Source: Raja brachyura (lineage: Eukaryota). Taken from it: a stretch of DNA of 64,000 bases. Position 1 is the stretch's first letter, and each line of letters begins with the position of its first letter. The notes below the pieces were generated by a model. The model was given only the letters and a program-made list of their open reading frames with translations. It did no database searches and was not told the origin of the DNA. The translations under genes and the position numbers were made by a program. The stretch is taken from positions 15,810,001 through 15,874,000 of the forward strand of contig OY740803.1 of NCBI GenBank assembly GCA_963514005.1. Direction: 5' to 3'. Shown one piece after another: positions 39,767-52,092 of this stretch.

Positions 39767-40191
39767 GTGCATTGTTATTAGGTGGCATTCTCTACTCCTG
39801 GCAGTTCCCACATTTCAATGCTTTAAGCTGGAACCTCAGAGAGGATTACTCACGAGGAGGCTACCGTATGATGTCGGTCACGCACCCCGCGCTCTGTAAA
39901 CGGGTGGCATTCCGCCACTGCTTTGGTCTCATTGGACTATCAACGCTCTGCTCTGTCTTTGATGTGACCACGTGGACCTTTCCCCTCATTTCACTCCCAA
40001 TAAACTTGTACATCAGCTATCTCGGCTACCGATTTTACAGGGACTCCAGCCGTAGCAGTGCTCGCAAACTTTTCTTCTGTAGCCTCTGGCATCTTCCCAT
40101 GTTACTGCTCCTCATGCTGACCTGCAAGAAATCGATAGCTGGAAGTGAGAGTACGATCCATCACAAAGTTCAAACAGAAATGCAAGTGTAA
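39767..40191 (+). CDS. COX10: COX10 last coding exon (equivalent to human exon 7), ending at TAA
   Basis: Polypyrimidine tract plus tttag acceptor; encodes (G)[35 protein letters not shown]...[13 protein letters not shown]...EMQV*. WQFPHF and DYxxxGYxM are COX10/CyoE motifs. Confidence 0.96.
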
Positions 40192-40479
40192 TGTACTTTT
40201 TTTTTAAAGAAAACTTCAGAAGCTAGCTACGGTTATTTCTGTACCATTTGCCATAGTCCCATAAAGTGGGACAGTCCAATTTCTGTTCCTCGACATTTTA
40301 CGGTTTATTATTGCTGTATGTGATTCTGCAATGTTATATGCAAGCAAACCTCACTTTTCATAGGAATAGGTTCAGGCTTTTCACCCCTCAGGCATGCCTC
40401 GCTTTACCTTTCAGTTGTAATTTGGTGCAATTGTATCTCAATTCTTTTTCGCTGCCATAGCTCCATAGTCCGTCAGACC

Positions 40480-40920
40480 TGTATAACATAAGAAATAGGG
40501 GTATACACCGGCCATATGGTCCCTCGTCATCTACTCCATCATTCAGTAAGTTCATAGTTTGAACCGACCTGAACTGCACTATACTGCCCATATCCAAAAT
40601 GCTCGACTTCCTAACTAGCAGAAGTCTATTGATCTCGGTCTTAAAGGCTCCAGATATCCCAATATTCACAGCCTTGTGCGAAAGAGGTTTCCAGATATTC
40701 ACTAGTTGTGTGGGAATAAATGTTTTCCAATCCCCTTCCATAATCGCATAATAATTTTGTTCTTCATTTGCCCATTCATTTAAATCACTTGACTATATCT
40801 ACCCTAACAAATCGTTTATGACTCTTTAAATCCCTTGATCAAGATTTCACCTTGAATTACTGTGCTCAGAGGAATATAAGCAAAGTTTATGCTACTGTCT
40901 TCAAAATTTAACCACTAGCA
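40480..40920 (-). mobile_element. Old CR1 fragment just downstream of the COX10 stop codon
   Basis: aacataagaaatagg tail; minus-strand translation LVNIWKPL...AFKTEINRLL. Confidence 0.65.
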
Positions 40921-40977
40921 GGTTCCACATCTCCCTCATTGTGTCAATAAGGTTATTTTGTGATTTCCATTGATGTA

Positions 40978-41107
40978 AAAGAAGGGTCTCGACCCGAAAT
41001 GTCACCTATTCCTTCTCTCCAGAGATGCTGCCTGTCCCGCTGAGTTACTCCAGCTTTTTGTGTCTATCTTCGGTTCAAACCAGCATCTGCAGTTCCTTCT
41101 TACACAC
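40978..41107 (+). mobile_element. Short Penelope-derived insert; other single-arm copies at about 17395-17530, 26740-26872, 29160-29260, 43590-43717, 46645-46733, 49655-49747, 62392-62520 and 62680-62765
   Basis: gaagggtctcgacccgaaatgtcacc...agatgctgcctgtcccgctgagttactccagc...ccagcatctgcagttcc. Confidence 0.78.
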
Positions 41108-42050
41108 AATGTCCTTTATTATCCCGTTATGGCTGTGGATGCCTTAAACGCACAATACATGCACAAGCAACTAACAGATTAATGTATCACTAAGTGCTTT
41201 TGAACACCAGGGAATGTTCTGAAGTGCTGGCCAGAATTTCAGGAAAGATCATTGGACCACAATTTGCATTATCGTGAAATTAATTATAAAATATTTCATT
41301 CAGTGTGTTCTTCAGAGGAAACTAAAAGAAATTCTCAATTATTGTGACACTTTGTTAAATTGCAAATTGCAGGTATCTGCTGTTAATACTTGAGGATTTA
41401 CAACCAAGTTTACATTTCTCTTCCAACTATAAATGTGTGGTTAGCAGACATGTATGTTCAGAAGTACTCAGACGGTTTATTTTGCGATGTTAAAATATTT
41501 TAAATTAATGAGTTTGAACTGTTTCTTATGCCTGAATTGCAATCTTCCTGCGTAAGTTCAATTGAACACAGGTCATTCAGCAATTGATATTGTTGACCAT
41601 GTCCATTGAAATTGATGGTTGAAAATCGTTCAGATCTCATATTGGGAATTACATTATGAAACTATGTAAAATGATTAGCATTTAAACCACACACTATAAT
41701 GCCACAGTGTCAATACTTTGATATCAAAATTAGTAGATGGTGTGATTCTTCAAATCCATACCACATGGGAGAGCAGACTTGTAACTACCATCCTTTCACC
41801 CCAACAAAGCCCAGAGATCACTTCTGTAGTTTCAAGGTGACAGTGTATAAATAGAATAACCATATTTTTAACAACAGTAATGTAGTTGTAAAATCCAAAG
41901 TGTTTCATATCTATGTACCAGAGGTTGCTGTAGAAATGACAAGTGTGGTCAGGATGTGAAGTAATCCTCCAGTAATTAATCACTATCATTATGATGATTT
42001 AAACGATTGGAATCAGAACCTTAAGCAAATGAAGTCTTGTGAATGTTTGT

Positions 42051-42056
42051 AATAAA
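42051..42056 (+). terminator. Candidate COX10 polyadenylation signal
   Basis: AATAAA with an overlapping upstream TGTA and a downstream U/GU-rich tract (about 42088-42102). Alternative AATAAA hexamers lie at 40715 and 42263. Confidence 0.4.
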
Positions 42057-43449
42057 TGAGTATAACTGATCAATGTGAAATGAGTCACTTTCTTTTTGTT
42101 TGAAGGCTCTAGAATTCTGTTGTATTAGGTTATGCGGTGACAGTTTGCAACGTGAATACGCAATGCAGACTGGTGTTCGAATGCTGGGCCCTGTGGGGTA
42201 GTTTCTAATTCAAATGGTACAAATGTGTTTAGATTCTATTGTGCCTTTGTGCTTAAAAGTAAAATAAATGTTTTATATTCGTTTGTGTAAATACGAGTCA
42301 ATCCCATGTTATTTCAGGGATTATTACTCTGTCCTTGAGGACAGATTGTGTTTCTCTGAAAGGATTTGGATAACATTTATTAGAGGTCTCTTTAAAGTAA
42401 CTACTCTTAATTTTGTCTCCAGGAAAACGAAAACACATTTCACTTACTGCAGGTGGATAAATCTATTTGTTAACTGCATACACTCCAATGATTAATATCT
42501 CAGTTACTAAAGAGATACGTCTTATTGTCCTTTCAAAGTTTGGAAGATTATTTTTGATAGCTAAGTTAAAAAAGATTCCAGAAGAAAGTAATTGGAATCT
42601 TAACTTTACAGAATCTTTTACAACTGTAATAATAATAATAATAAAAAATTGTGGTGTGGAGATAGGCAATTGAACCCATTGTGTCAATGCCAGCCCATAC
42701 TGGTTGAGCAACATTGGTCTCCTGTCATTATATTTCCTACTCCTTTTACTAATTATCCTAATGTTCATGTTCAATACTTGGTAACTTCATTTTGAAAAAT
42801 ATTTTATAGGAGTCCATACCTTCCCAAAATTCTCAAGTTTTAAAAAACTTGTTCCTGAATACTGGAATAATATGTGCATAAACTCTTCCAATCATTTTGA
42901 ACACTTAATGATGCTCAGCATGAACATTTAAAGTCGGATTTTCATCTGTTGCGGGATATCCGCTCTATTTGCTAAATGTACCACTGAAGAAGATTCTTAG
43001 CAGTGTTACTTTAGTCACAGCTTACGTGCTCCCCAAAGTGTTGTTTTGAGAGATTGGTTCCTAGAACTTTACAATGGAGGAGCTAAGTCTCATCAAACAC
43101 CTTATGATGTAGATATAAATATTTTCACATTGTTATTGAAACTTTCAGGAAATCAGTGAATTCCAGCATCATCCATCTCAGAGCAGCACACGCCGCAATA
43201 GGAATTCCCCAGTGGGACCTGTGATCAAATTTATTTTTCTTATTCTTATAAATCTGTGTTTTTTTTAACTTTATTTGTAAATTATCTCACAGAGAAACCA
43301 AGATGCGTCTGAGAAAGATATTCAAAAGTCATTTGAGTGGTCAGGTACTCATCTGGCAATCTTTCCAGATTGTGCTTTCTTGGTTTATTGTTTCCCTCCA
43401 AATATTTAATATTTTCCAGGTTTTTATCTGCAGTTTATCACACCTTTTA

Positions 43450-44195
43450 ATTCAATGGTGGCACTTCCACCTTTAAGCTTCTCATGGATATGAGTGTCAG
43501 TCCGGAGCCATGAATCTAGCACTTCAGTGCAGTGTTTCAGGGAGCACAAGCTTTCAGATAGGATGTTAAACTGAATCCACATCTACCCTATGTCTGAAGA
43601 AGCGTCTCAACATGAAACGTCCCCATTCCTTCCCTCCAGAGATGTTGCCTGTTCCGCTGAGTTACTACAGCATTTTGTCCCTACAATCGATTTAAACCAG
43701 CATCTGTAGTTCTTTCCTCCACATCTGCCCTCTTGGGTTGATGTACTATCAACCAAGACACTGATCAACAGAGGGCATTAGAATTCACCCTGTTGACTTA
43801 CCAGTAAGCTATCCCCGTGTTAACATTTCTGAAAATAATTACTGCTTTATTGCCTCTGGAAGATTGCAGTTTGCAAATTAGCTCTGCCTACCTATATTGC
43901 AACAGTGATCAGATGCACACAGATCTTTTATTACAGAAAGTGCTGGAGTAAGTCAGGCAGCATCTCTGGAAAACATGGATATATGACATTCCAGGTCGCG
44001 ATGCTTCTTGAGACTGAAGAAGGGTCCTCAACCCAAGATGTCACCTATCCATGTTCTCCAGGAATGCTACCTGATCCACCGTGTTACTCCAGCACTTAGT
44101 CTCTTGTTTTGTAAACTAGCATCTACATTTCCTTGTTTCTATTTATTTTTGGTTGTTAACGGCTTTGAGACATCCTAAAGTCATGAAAGTTGTTG
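43450..44195 (+). mobile_element. Decayed Deu-domain SINE (SacSINE1/AmnSINE1-like), split by two Penelope-derived inserts
   Basis: cagtgcagtgtttcagggag...tttcagataggatgttaaactga...ctgccctct, gcaaattagct...tattgcaacagtga and ctttgagacatcct resemble the Deu-SINE consensus as recalled, not aligned. A possible minus-strand remnant lies at about 8580-8800. Confidence 0.5.
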
Positions 44196-46733
44196 TGTGT
44201 GAAAGTTTAGCCAACCAAGTGTAAATATTACAAAATATAAATAAAACAAATTATGGCCCAAGAAATGTTGCATCTACTGAAGGATTAAATCACGTAAAAT
44301 ATTACCTTGGCAGAAACCAAAACAAAATTGTTGAAAAATAAATCAGCTAGTTGATTCTTTGTCAATGTTTTATTTGCCATCTTTGATTCTGTAATTCTGC
44401 CGTGTTTCGTTTTTAAAATATCTATCCTTCACGCTCTCTTCAGTTATTTACTATTTTGACTGCCATGTCCCTGACAATGAAACGATTAGTCCTAATTGAA
44501 AGTAACATTTTAAAGAAACCTGCTGAACTGGAATTCTGACATTTGTTGAATTATACTTATTTGCTGTCAATCAAGCAGCTTTTTTTCATTATTACTTAAA
44601 CATCATTGAAAATAGCACGAATAAACTCTGGTTAAGTAACCTATAACTCGAGGGGGTTGGGTGGGTCGCAGTAGAGTTGCGTGTGCAATAGGTATGATCT
44701 GTGACAAGGAAGTGAAGCGTGGTTCGGGAAATCATTGTGACGCATCAACGGACAATGGTTGTACATTTTCATAGACCAGGAATCTCTCCCCTCCCAAGAA
44801 AAACAGTGTCACGAACAGGCAGTGTTCCACCTAGAGGCCTCAGCAAGAAGTTCAACAAAGACAAATAGCACTTGAAGCTGGAAATTAAAACTGATGACCC
44901 CCCTCCACCCTCCACCCGTTTGCTAACCTCCACAATTGGCAATTGGAACATTTAGTGCTCAGGATTTGCAATGTAAAACTCGTATCCTAATTGAGATGCA
45001 GTGTGCTGTTTTGGGGTCAGTGGGATGTTTTGTTTCGTCGAACGCTAATATCAATATGATTGCAGTGCACAAAAGATTTGGTTAAATGATCCGATTGTTT
45101 TACTCAATGCAAACGTATGATTCTGAACACGGTGGCGTTTGCCCTGGAGTTTCTCAAAGAGGGAAACAAACGCTGTCTAAAAGTACAGAGAAACGCACAG
45201 CCTGTCTACATTCACCATCCGGTGTTTTAACGCCTCAAGTGCGTTTCGAACAAAGTTTCATGTCTCAAAAGTTGTTTTTCCCCCCAGGACGGATCCGAGC
45301 GGGACCATTCCAATGCTCGGTCGACAAGGTCCGAAAACTAGGCAGATCCGCTCTCTGCTGCCTGCCATGGTATTAAAAGGTCCAGACACCTCGCCAAACC
45401 CCTCGCCCGTAACCCCCTGCTCCCTACCAATGACAACAAATGGTCTGGTTTAATCTCGAAATCGCGTTCAAATACCTTCGCGGTCTGTCAGCGGCTTCGC
45501 CCCTCTCTGCCTATGGTCTCCTGTCGGCAAATCTCTCTGAATGTGGAGTTCCCCACATTGATGCAAACGCCCTGGTTTCCTTTCCCAACTTTTGGCGGCT
45601 AGATCCCAAACTGGAGAATTACTTTCCTACACTCTTCAATTTAATCCAGTCTTTAGGATTTAACCAAACTAATATCCTTTCTCATATCTTCAGCCCTCTG
45701 TCGAGTCTGGGGGTACAATTTACACCATATGCCACTTCGGCCACTCCAACGCGGCTTCCTCGTCACGACCCCGCGCTTTATCACCCCACTCGCCTTTATT
45801 TCCACCCTTTAATTTAAACGTGTGCATTGCCCTTGGCCTTCATGTGGCAGCTAGTTCAACTCTCTGCGAATAACTTGCAAACGGATTAATCGTTGGATTA
45901 ATTGATGACTATTCGACGTGTTCCCACAAGTAGAAACATCCCTCGACGCGTCGACTCTCGAATCCCCTCATCCTATGTTTGTTCAGACGTTGGGAAATAC
46001 CTCGGGGATGGAGATTTCAGCAAAGATAGATGGATACTTTTGGAAAATGCGAATAACGACATATAGCAGTAAATTCTCTTAACACGTTGAGGAAATGCAC
46101 ATTAGTGCTTAAAACTGAGCGTAAAACTGCAGCATCTAGAAATCTATGAACAAACAATTTTGAACTACGTGTGTGGACGCGCTGCTAATAAATGACTTTG
46201 CTTCTTCAATATCCCAGAACGTTGAAGAAATGGTAATCTCGCTAACTTGTACATGAATCCTTCCATCCCACAACTCCCCTCTCTATTAATTTTATGTGCT
46301 GTAGGTTATACTTGAAGGAGTTGTTAAAGGGCAATTAATCCCAAATTAAAACTCGCTGGAGGTTAAAGGTCACCAATAATTAAGATTCATTGCATTTTCG
46401 GTCTTGTACAGCTGGGCGATGGCTGGTGCAAGAAAGCACGCAGCTGGTCGAGGGCGGATTCATTCCACCATTAACCCTTTGTATGTACATTGACAGAGAA
46501 GGGAATATCGGGCAGATGTATAAATCTCGCTGACCGTGTATCCAAGAAATGTTATTTTTTTCTGCTGCCATTGAGTAATTGTACCTCGCGTACCTCATTC
46601 ATTTAACTATTCTCAAACGGGTAACGATCTGGACAAAGTGAATCAGTCAGGCGAAGGGTCCCGACCCGAAACGTTGCCCATCCATTCCCTCCACAGATGC
46701 TGCTTCACCCGCTGCGTTCTTCCAGCACTTTGT

Positions 46734-47040
46734 AACACCTCCAGATTCAGGGACAGTTTTTTCCCCCAGTTGTTATCAGGCAACTAAACCATCCTCTCAC
46801 CAACTAGAGAGTGGTCCTGAGCTGCTATCTACCTCATTGGAGACCCTCGGACTGTCTTTAATGGAAATTTACTGGAATTCTTCTTGCACTAAACGCTATT
46901 CCCTTTATCTTGCATCCGTACACTGTGGCCGGCTTGATTGTAATCGCGTATAGTCTTTCCGCTGGCTGGATAGCACGCATCAAAAATAACTTCACTGTAC
47001 ATTAGTACACGTGACAATAAATTAAACTAAAGCAACGAAC
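46734..47040 (+). mobile_element. Rex1-like 3' end inserted into a Penelope-derived element (a related copy lies at about 51330-51590)
   Basis: ccagattcagggacagtttt...gtgacaataaa, flanked by a 9-bp direct repeat GCACTTTGT (46725-46733 and 47041-47049). Confidence 0.75.
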
Positions 47041-48234
47041 GCACTTTGTGCTTTACTCAAGATTCCAGAAGTTGCCACTTTATGTGGGTCAATTTAGTTG
47101 AAGCGCGCTCTACATTAGAGGGTTGGGTTGTTTGAAACCGTAACATTAAAGTTTTGGAAGGGATCAACCCAAGGTTTACCAATTAGCCAGGAGAATAACT
47201 GTCCACATTTGATTTGATAGTTGTCGTTAAGTAAAGCAAGCCCTACCGCTCCAAGTGGAAAGCTCATCCTTATCTATTCTGGGACATGTTTTTTTTCTCA
47301 CTGAATAAAATAGCTAACAATTATGGATAATAAAGATACATTTCTTTCTGCATATAATCTTTTAACCAGTTGGTCGTTTGGTCGATGTTTTTTAGTGGAG
47401 AGTATGCTATTGAAGAGATTCTCGACTCGTTAAAAACTACGTTCCACATTCGAAGTTTTTTTTAACAATCTTTTTGTTACTCGCAATAATTGTGTACAAA
47501 TGGTTTATTCCAGAACAGAATGCAAACGATTGACTAGGTTTGCAAAATACATTCATATGGTTTTGTCATATTTCAAAACGGGCACTTGTGCGTGTAGTGC
47601 GATCAGCTCACAGGGTGGGGGGTACAATTTTGAAATTCAATCAGTCGCCAATAGTTTTTGAAGCCGGCGATAGATGTCTATAAAATACGACACAACCGGG
47701 TTGTCATCTTTCAACTAACGTCTCCTTTAGCAATTATATGGTGACTAGTTTACTGTCGCCACCGGATAGTTCCAGGGATTTACTTTATTTAAGAACCGCT
47801 CTCTCAGATATCCGTGCCTTAATAAGGATTCGCTAATGTGAGTATTTATTCCCATTGCTCAGTCTAGTCTGACATTAGCGCAGTGCCGAGCAAGAGATGT
47901 AGGGTCGGGATTTTATCTCCGAGATTCATGTGTAGGAAGGAGCTGCACATGCTAGTTTAAACCGAAGATAGACAAAAAGAGCTGGAGTAACTCGACGGGA
48001 CAGGCAGCATCTCTGGAGAAAAGGAATAGGTGACGTTTCAGGTGGAGTCCCTTCTTCCAGAGCTGCTGTCTGACCCGCTGAGATACTCCAGGTTCTGAGA
48101 TTCCTTACCCCGGACAGGTGAGAATCTCCAGTCTTCATTCAGAAAAGAGAGCGGGGGATTTCTGGGCATGAAGGGAATCAAAGGATGTGGCGATGGTGCA
48201 GTAAGTTGGTGCTGCGGTAGAAGATCACATCATC

Positions 48235-48782
48235 TCAGGCATAGATAGGGTAGACAGTCAACCTTGTTCCCCAGGGTGGAAATTACAAAGACGAGAGGAC
48301 ATTGCTTTAAGGCGCTGCGTCAAAGTTTAAAGGAGATGTGTGAGGCAAGTTTTTGTATAATTATATACAACCAGTGGTTTGTGGTGATTGAGGCACATAC
48401 GATAGTGGTGGGTAAGAGGCTTTTAGAGGGGTTCATAGATATACTGGGGATGCGGGGGATATGAACTATGTGCAGACAGGTGCGATTAGTTTGTCTCGGA
48501 TATCATTGTAGGCGAAAGGGCCTGTTCCCGTGCTGTATTTTTCTATGTTCTATGAATGGCCGAGTGGGATCGCAGGGTCGACATTCTTGTTCCAACTACT
48601 TATGTCCTTTCTAATGAAATATTAAGTTGGGCCTATCAGATTTCGCAGATGGATGTAAAATGGTGTTCAGGGTTATGGGGAGAAGGTATGAGAATTGGGT
48701 TGAGAGGGAAGGATAGATCCGCCACGATTGATTAGCGGAGTAGACTCGATGGGCCGAATGACCTAATTCTCCTCCTATGACT
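48235..48782 (+). mobile_element. Two CR1 3' fragments (about 48235-48555 and 48665-48782)
   Basis: FPRVEITKTRGH, gggcctgttcccgtgctgta...ttctatgttctatg tail; then ggttatggggagaagg...gatgggccgaatgacctaattctcctcctat. Confidence 0.7.
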
Positions 48783-48881
48783 TAAAAACGTCCGAATAGA
48801 TACCATATACCATCTCAATGTGAAGCAGTGAAGTTATCCTCGGTATCATGATCAGCTTTAATCTTTCCATCAATAACATTA

Positions 48882-49201
48882 AACATAGAAACATAGAAAA
48901 TAGGTGCAGGAGTAGGCCATTCGGCCCTTCGAGCCTGCACCGTCATTCAATATGATCATGGCTGATCATCCAACTCAGTATCCTGTACCTGCCTTCTCTC
49001 CATACCCCCTGATCCCTTTAGCTACAAGGGCCACATCTAACTCCCTCTTAAATATAGCCAATGAACTGGCCTCAACTACATTCTGTGGCAGAGAATTCCA
49101 CAGATTCACCACTCTCTGTGTGAAAAATGATTTTCTCATCTCGGTCCTAAAAGACTTCCCCCCTTATCCTTAAACTGTGACCCCTTGTTCTGGACTTCCC
49201 C
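48882..49201 (-). mobile_element. Young CR1 3' end, 5'-truncated
   Basis: AAACATAGAAACATAG tail; near-identical to 12031-12212 and collinear with 670-990. Confidence 0.88.
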
Positions 49202-52038
49202 ATATGGATATCATACACTTTGCCTAAATATCAGATTGTTAAAGGGACGGTTATATTAATATACCAACGAAGGACCTTGTTATGAATCGATTGGCTATGT
49301 TTCCTAAAAGGCGACAATCATACATTTCAACATCTGTTTTTAAAAGAGCTCTCGGGCCTTCTGATGCCGTCAACTGGCAATATAAATGTAGCTTGTTCGT
49401 TTTACATCGCAACAAGAAACTAAAACTGAGTAAGGAAGGGTGATGTCATTCACGACAATTAAGTACAAATTTAAATATGTTTATGTATTATAACGTCCGG
49501 GTTATTTATTAAAACCATCCACTCAGTTCCCCTTTATAAAGTTGCTGCTGGAACCGCGAGATATTCCCAGCAACGTCTGTTAGTTTTCTCCCTAAATAAT
49601 GGCAGCAGTTAAAAAAAAAAAAAATCTGATTTGGTGGTATATTGTATTTGAAGTCTGAAGAAAGGTCTCGATCCGAAACGTTACCGATTCCTTCTCTCCA
49701 GAGATGCTGCCTGTCCCGCTGAGTTACTCCAGCTTTTTGTGTCTATCTTGTATTTGAAGTTGATAGAGTGGTACAATTGCAATCCTATTTTCAGGTAACG
49801 TTTGCTGAAGGTGCAAATGCAGGTTTCCAGTTTAGGCTGATATTCCACATTGAAACGCAACATTTTTTAAAGGCGTTGCACTTTAGAAGAGATAGATTAA
49901 TTGCGAATCCGGAAGCACTCGTCAGATTTACGGTGATCTTTAAGACAAATCCACTTCAGGTTAAAACGGCCGAGGATTAGACGGGCAGTGTAAGAAGGGC
50001 GCCTTTATCTAAACCTGGATTGTTTCCAGATAATCCATTGTAATGGTCATCGCGGACAATGGGCAAACCACAGAGAGGCTAATTAGGTGGATAAAATATG
50101 GATATGATACACTTTGCCTAAATATCAGATTGTTGAATGGTGCACGGTGTAAACGTGTCGCTCTCATTCCTTATATATAGGAATTTGGCCCAAGCATTAC
50201 TTTTCTTGAGATAATGGTTATCATTGTATCAATTTTCAGTTGAATTCCATTTAATTTAGTTCATTGGCACGGCGTCAATGCAAACATTTTCCAGCCAGGC
50301 AGCAAACACCGTAGCCGACCTGACTGACTTGTGAAATGTATGACACAAAAAGCTGGAGTAACTAACTGTATGTCCGGCTTGTTAGATTCACTTTACTTCA
50401 TGGGAAAACCTCCAACACTGAACTGAGAATCCAAAAAGCAAAGCCGAGCTAAAGTTTCACCACCGCAGCCATGTTTAAACGAGCGTGTTCATCCAAACAC
50501 ACTTGGAAGGGATGGAAAGACTAATGATGAAGGCCACACTGAACTGCATGGCTTATGGTCGCAATTCTTTGAAATAGTCAAAATCAGACACTTGTGTGGA
50601 TTTTTTTTTGAGAGGAAGGAAGCAAGGGTAGATGTAAAAACATCTGGTCTAACCATGTCAGATGCTTTTGGCACGGCTTTTAGTCCAGGAATCATTGTCC
50701 GTGTTCTGTGATCTAGAAACGGCTTCTTTTATTGTTTACCCATATTTTAATGCTAATTTGCAAACACAGAAGAAGCGCCCAAACAGATGTGAACCATTTG
50801 TTTGGATTGTAGTTCATTTGTCAGGGAGAAGGGAAGGCTGCCTCGCAGGATATTAAATATTACCTCGACCATTCACCGGCACTTCATATTTCAGAGTTAG
50901 AATAGATGTCGAGTTTGTAAGGAATAATGAATCTGTCCAGCGCTGCAGAAGAAGACAGACGACTGCTTGGGGAATTTTAGAAATGGAGTAAGTATTTATA
51001 ATAGTTCCTGACCACATCCCGGGAAGATTACAAACACTCTTCACGCCAGCCCCAGACGTTGTGCTTTAACCCTCGAAGTGCTGAACTTTCTTATTATTGT
51101 TTAAAAGTATCTACAAGGCGACAGAAAACTTTTAGAATCAAAACCACGTCTCCATCCTGACCATTTCCCGAAAACAAGTAACACTTTGAGATGTAAAATC
51201 CATGCCAGTGTACTCGTGATACGAGAGTGATGTCCATTCCAACATTAACACCTTGTATTTACTGTCCCGTCCTCTACAAGGAGTAAGTCGTTTATTAATT
51301 TCAATAACCGGATGAACTATTTAATATAAGACCATCCTACCAACAACTAGAGAGCGGCCTTGCGCTACTATCTACCTCAATTGAGACCGTCGGGCTGTAT
51401 TAGATCGGATTTTACTGGACTTTATCTTGCAGTAAACGTTACTGGCTTTATTCCCTAATCTCGTGTCTGTACACCGTGGATGGCTCGATCGTAATCAGTA
51501 ATCACGTATTGTCTTTCTGCTGACTGAACAGCGCGCAACAAAAGCTTTTCACTGTACCTCTTTACATGTGGCAATATACTAAACTCAATATTAGTTTGAT
51601 TGCCCCGTGTTACATGCGTTTTACATGAAAACTTTTAACAAAATCTATTGCCTGCCCACCTCCAACGTAGAAATGTTTTTCACAGCATCACTACATTTAT
51701 ACGCCAGCTATTTGTACTTGTCGTTGTTAACTCCGAGATATAACACTTATTTCCTGACTCTGATGGTAATTAACTGATCTCTGAATGCCTCATTGATCAC
51801 CTGCCAGGAATCATTTGCTCCTTTATTCATCTCAATAGGGTCTACCATTTAAAACAAATGACCGCCCGTGTTTAAAGAGCGAAACTGTTTACATTTATTA
51901 TACTCCATGATCGATACCGGCAATACGATACCTTCATATTTCATACGCTTAACTGTAGGAGCGAAATATACGCGCCGGTTAATATACGGCGCAGAATTTG
52001 AAATCTTGTTAATATTACGTCTCTATCCGCTTAGTTCT

Positions 52039-52092
52039 TTCGATCCCTACCCATTCAATCCATACCCTTTCGATCCCTACCCATTGATCCCT
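52039..52092 (+). repeat. Short tandem repeat, 15-nt unit (TTCGATCCCTACCCA-like), about 3.5 copies
   Basis: Visible directly; it also shows up as FDPYPFNPYPFDPYP in the ORF track. Confidence 0.85.

Noticed and set aside
45440-45817. 125-aa ORF upstream of HS3ST3B1
   Set aside because: No recognisable domain; it looks like a decayed L2-type 3' fragment, but too weak to annotate.
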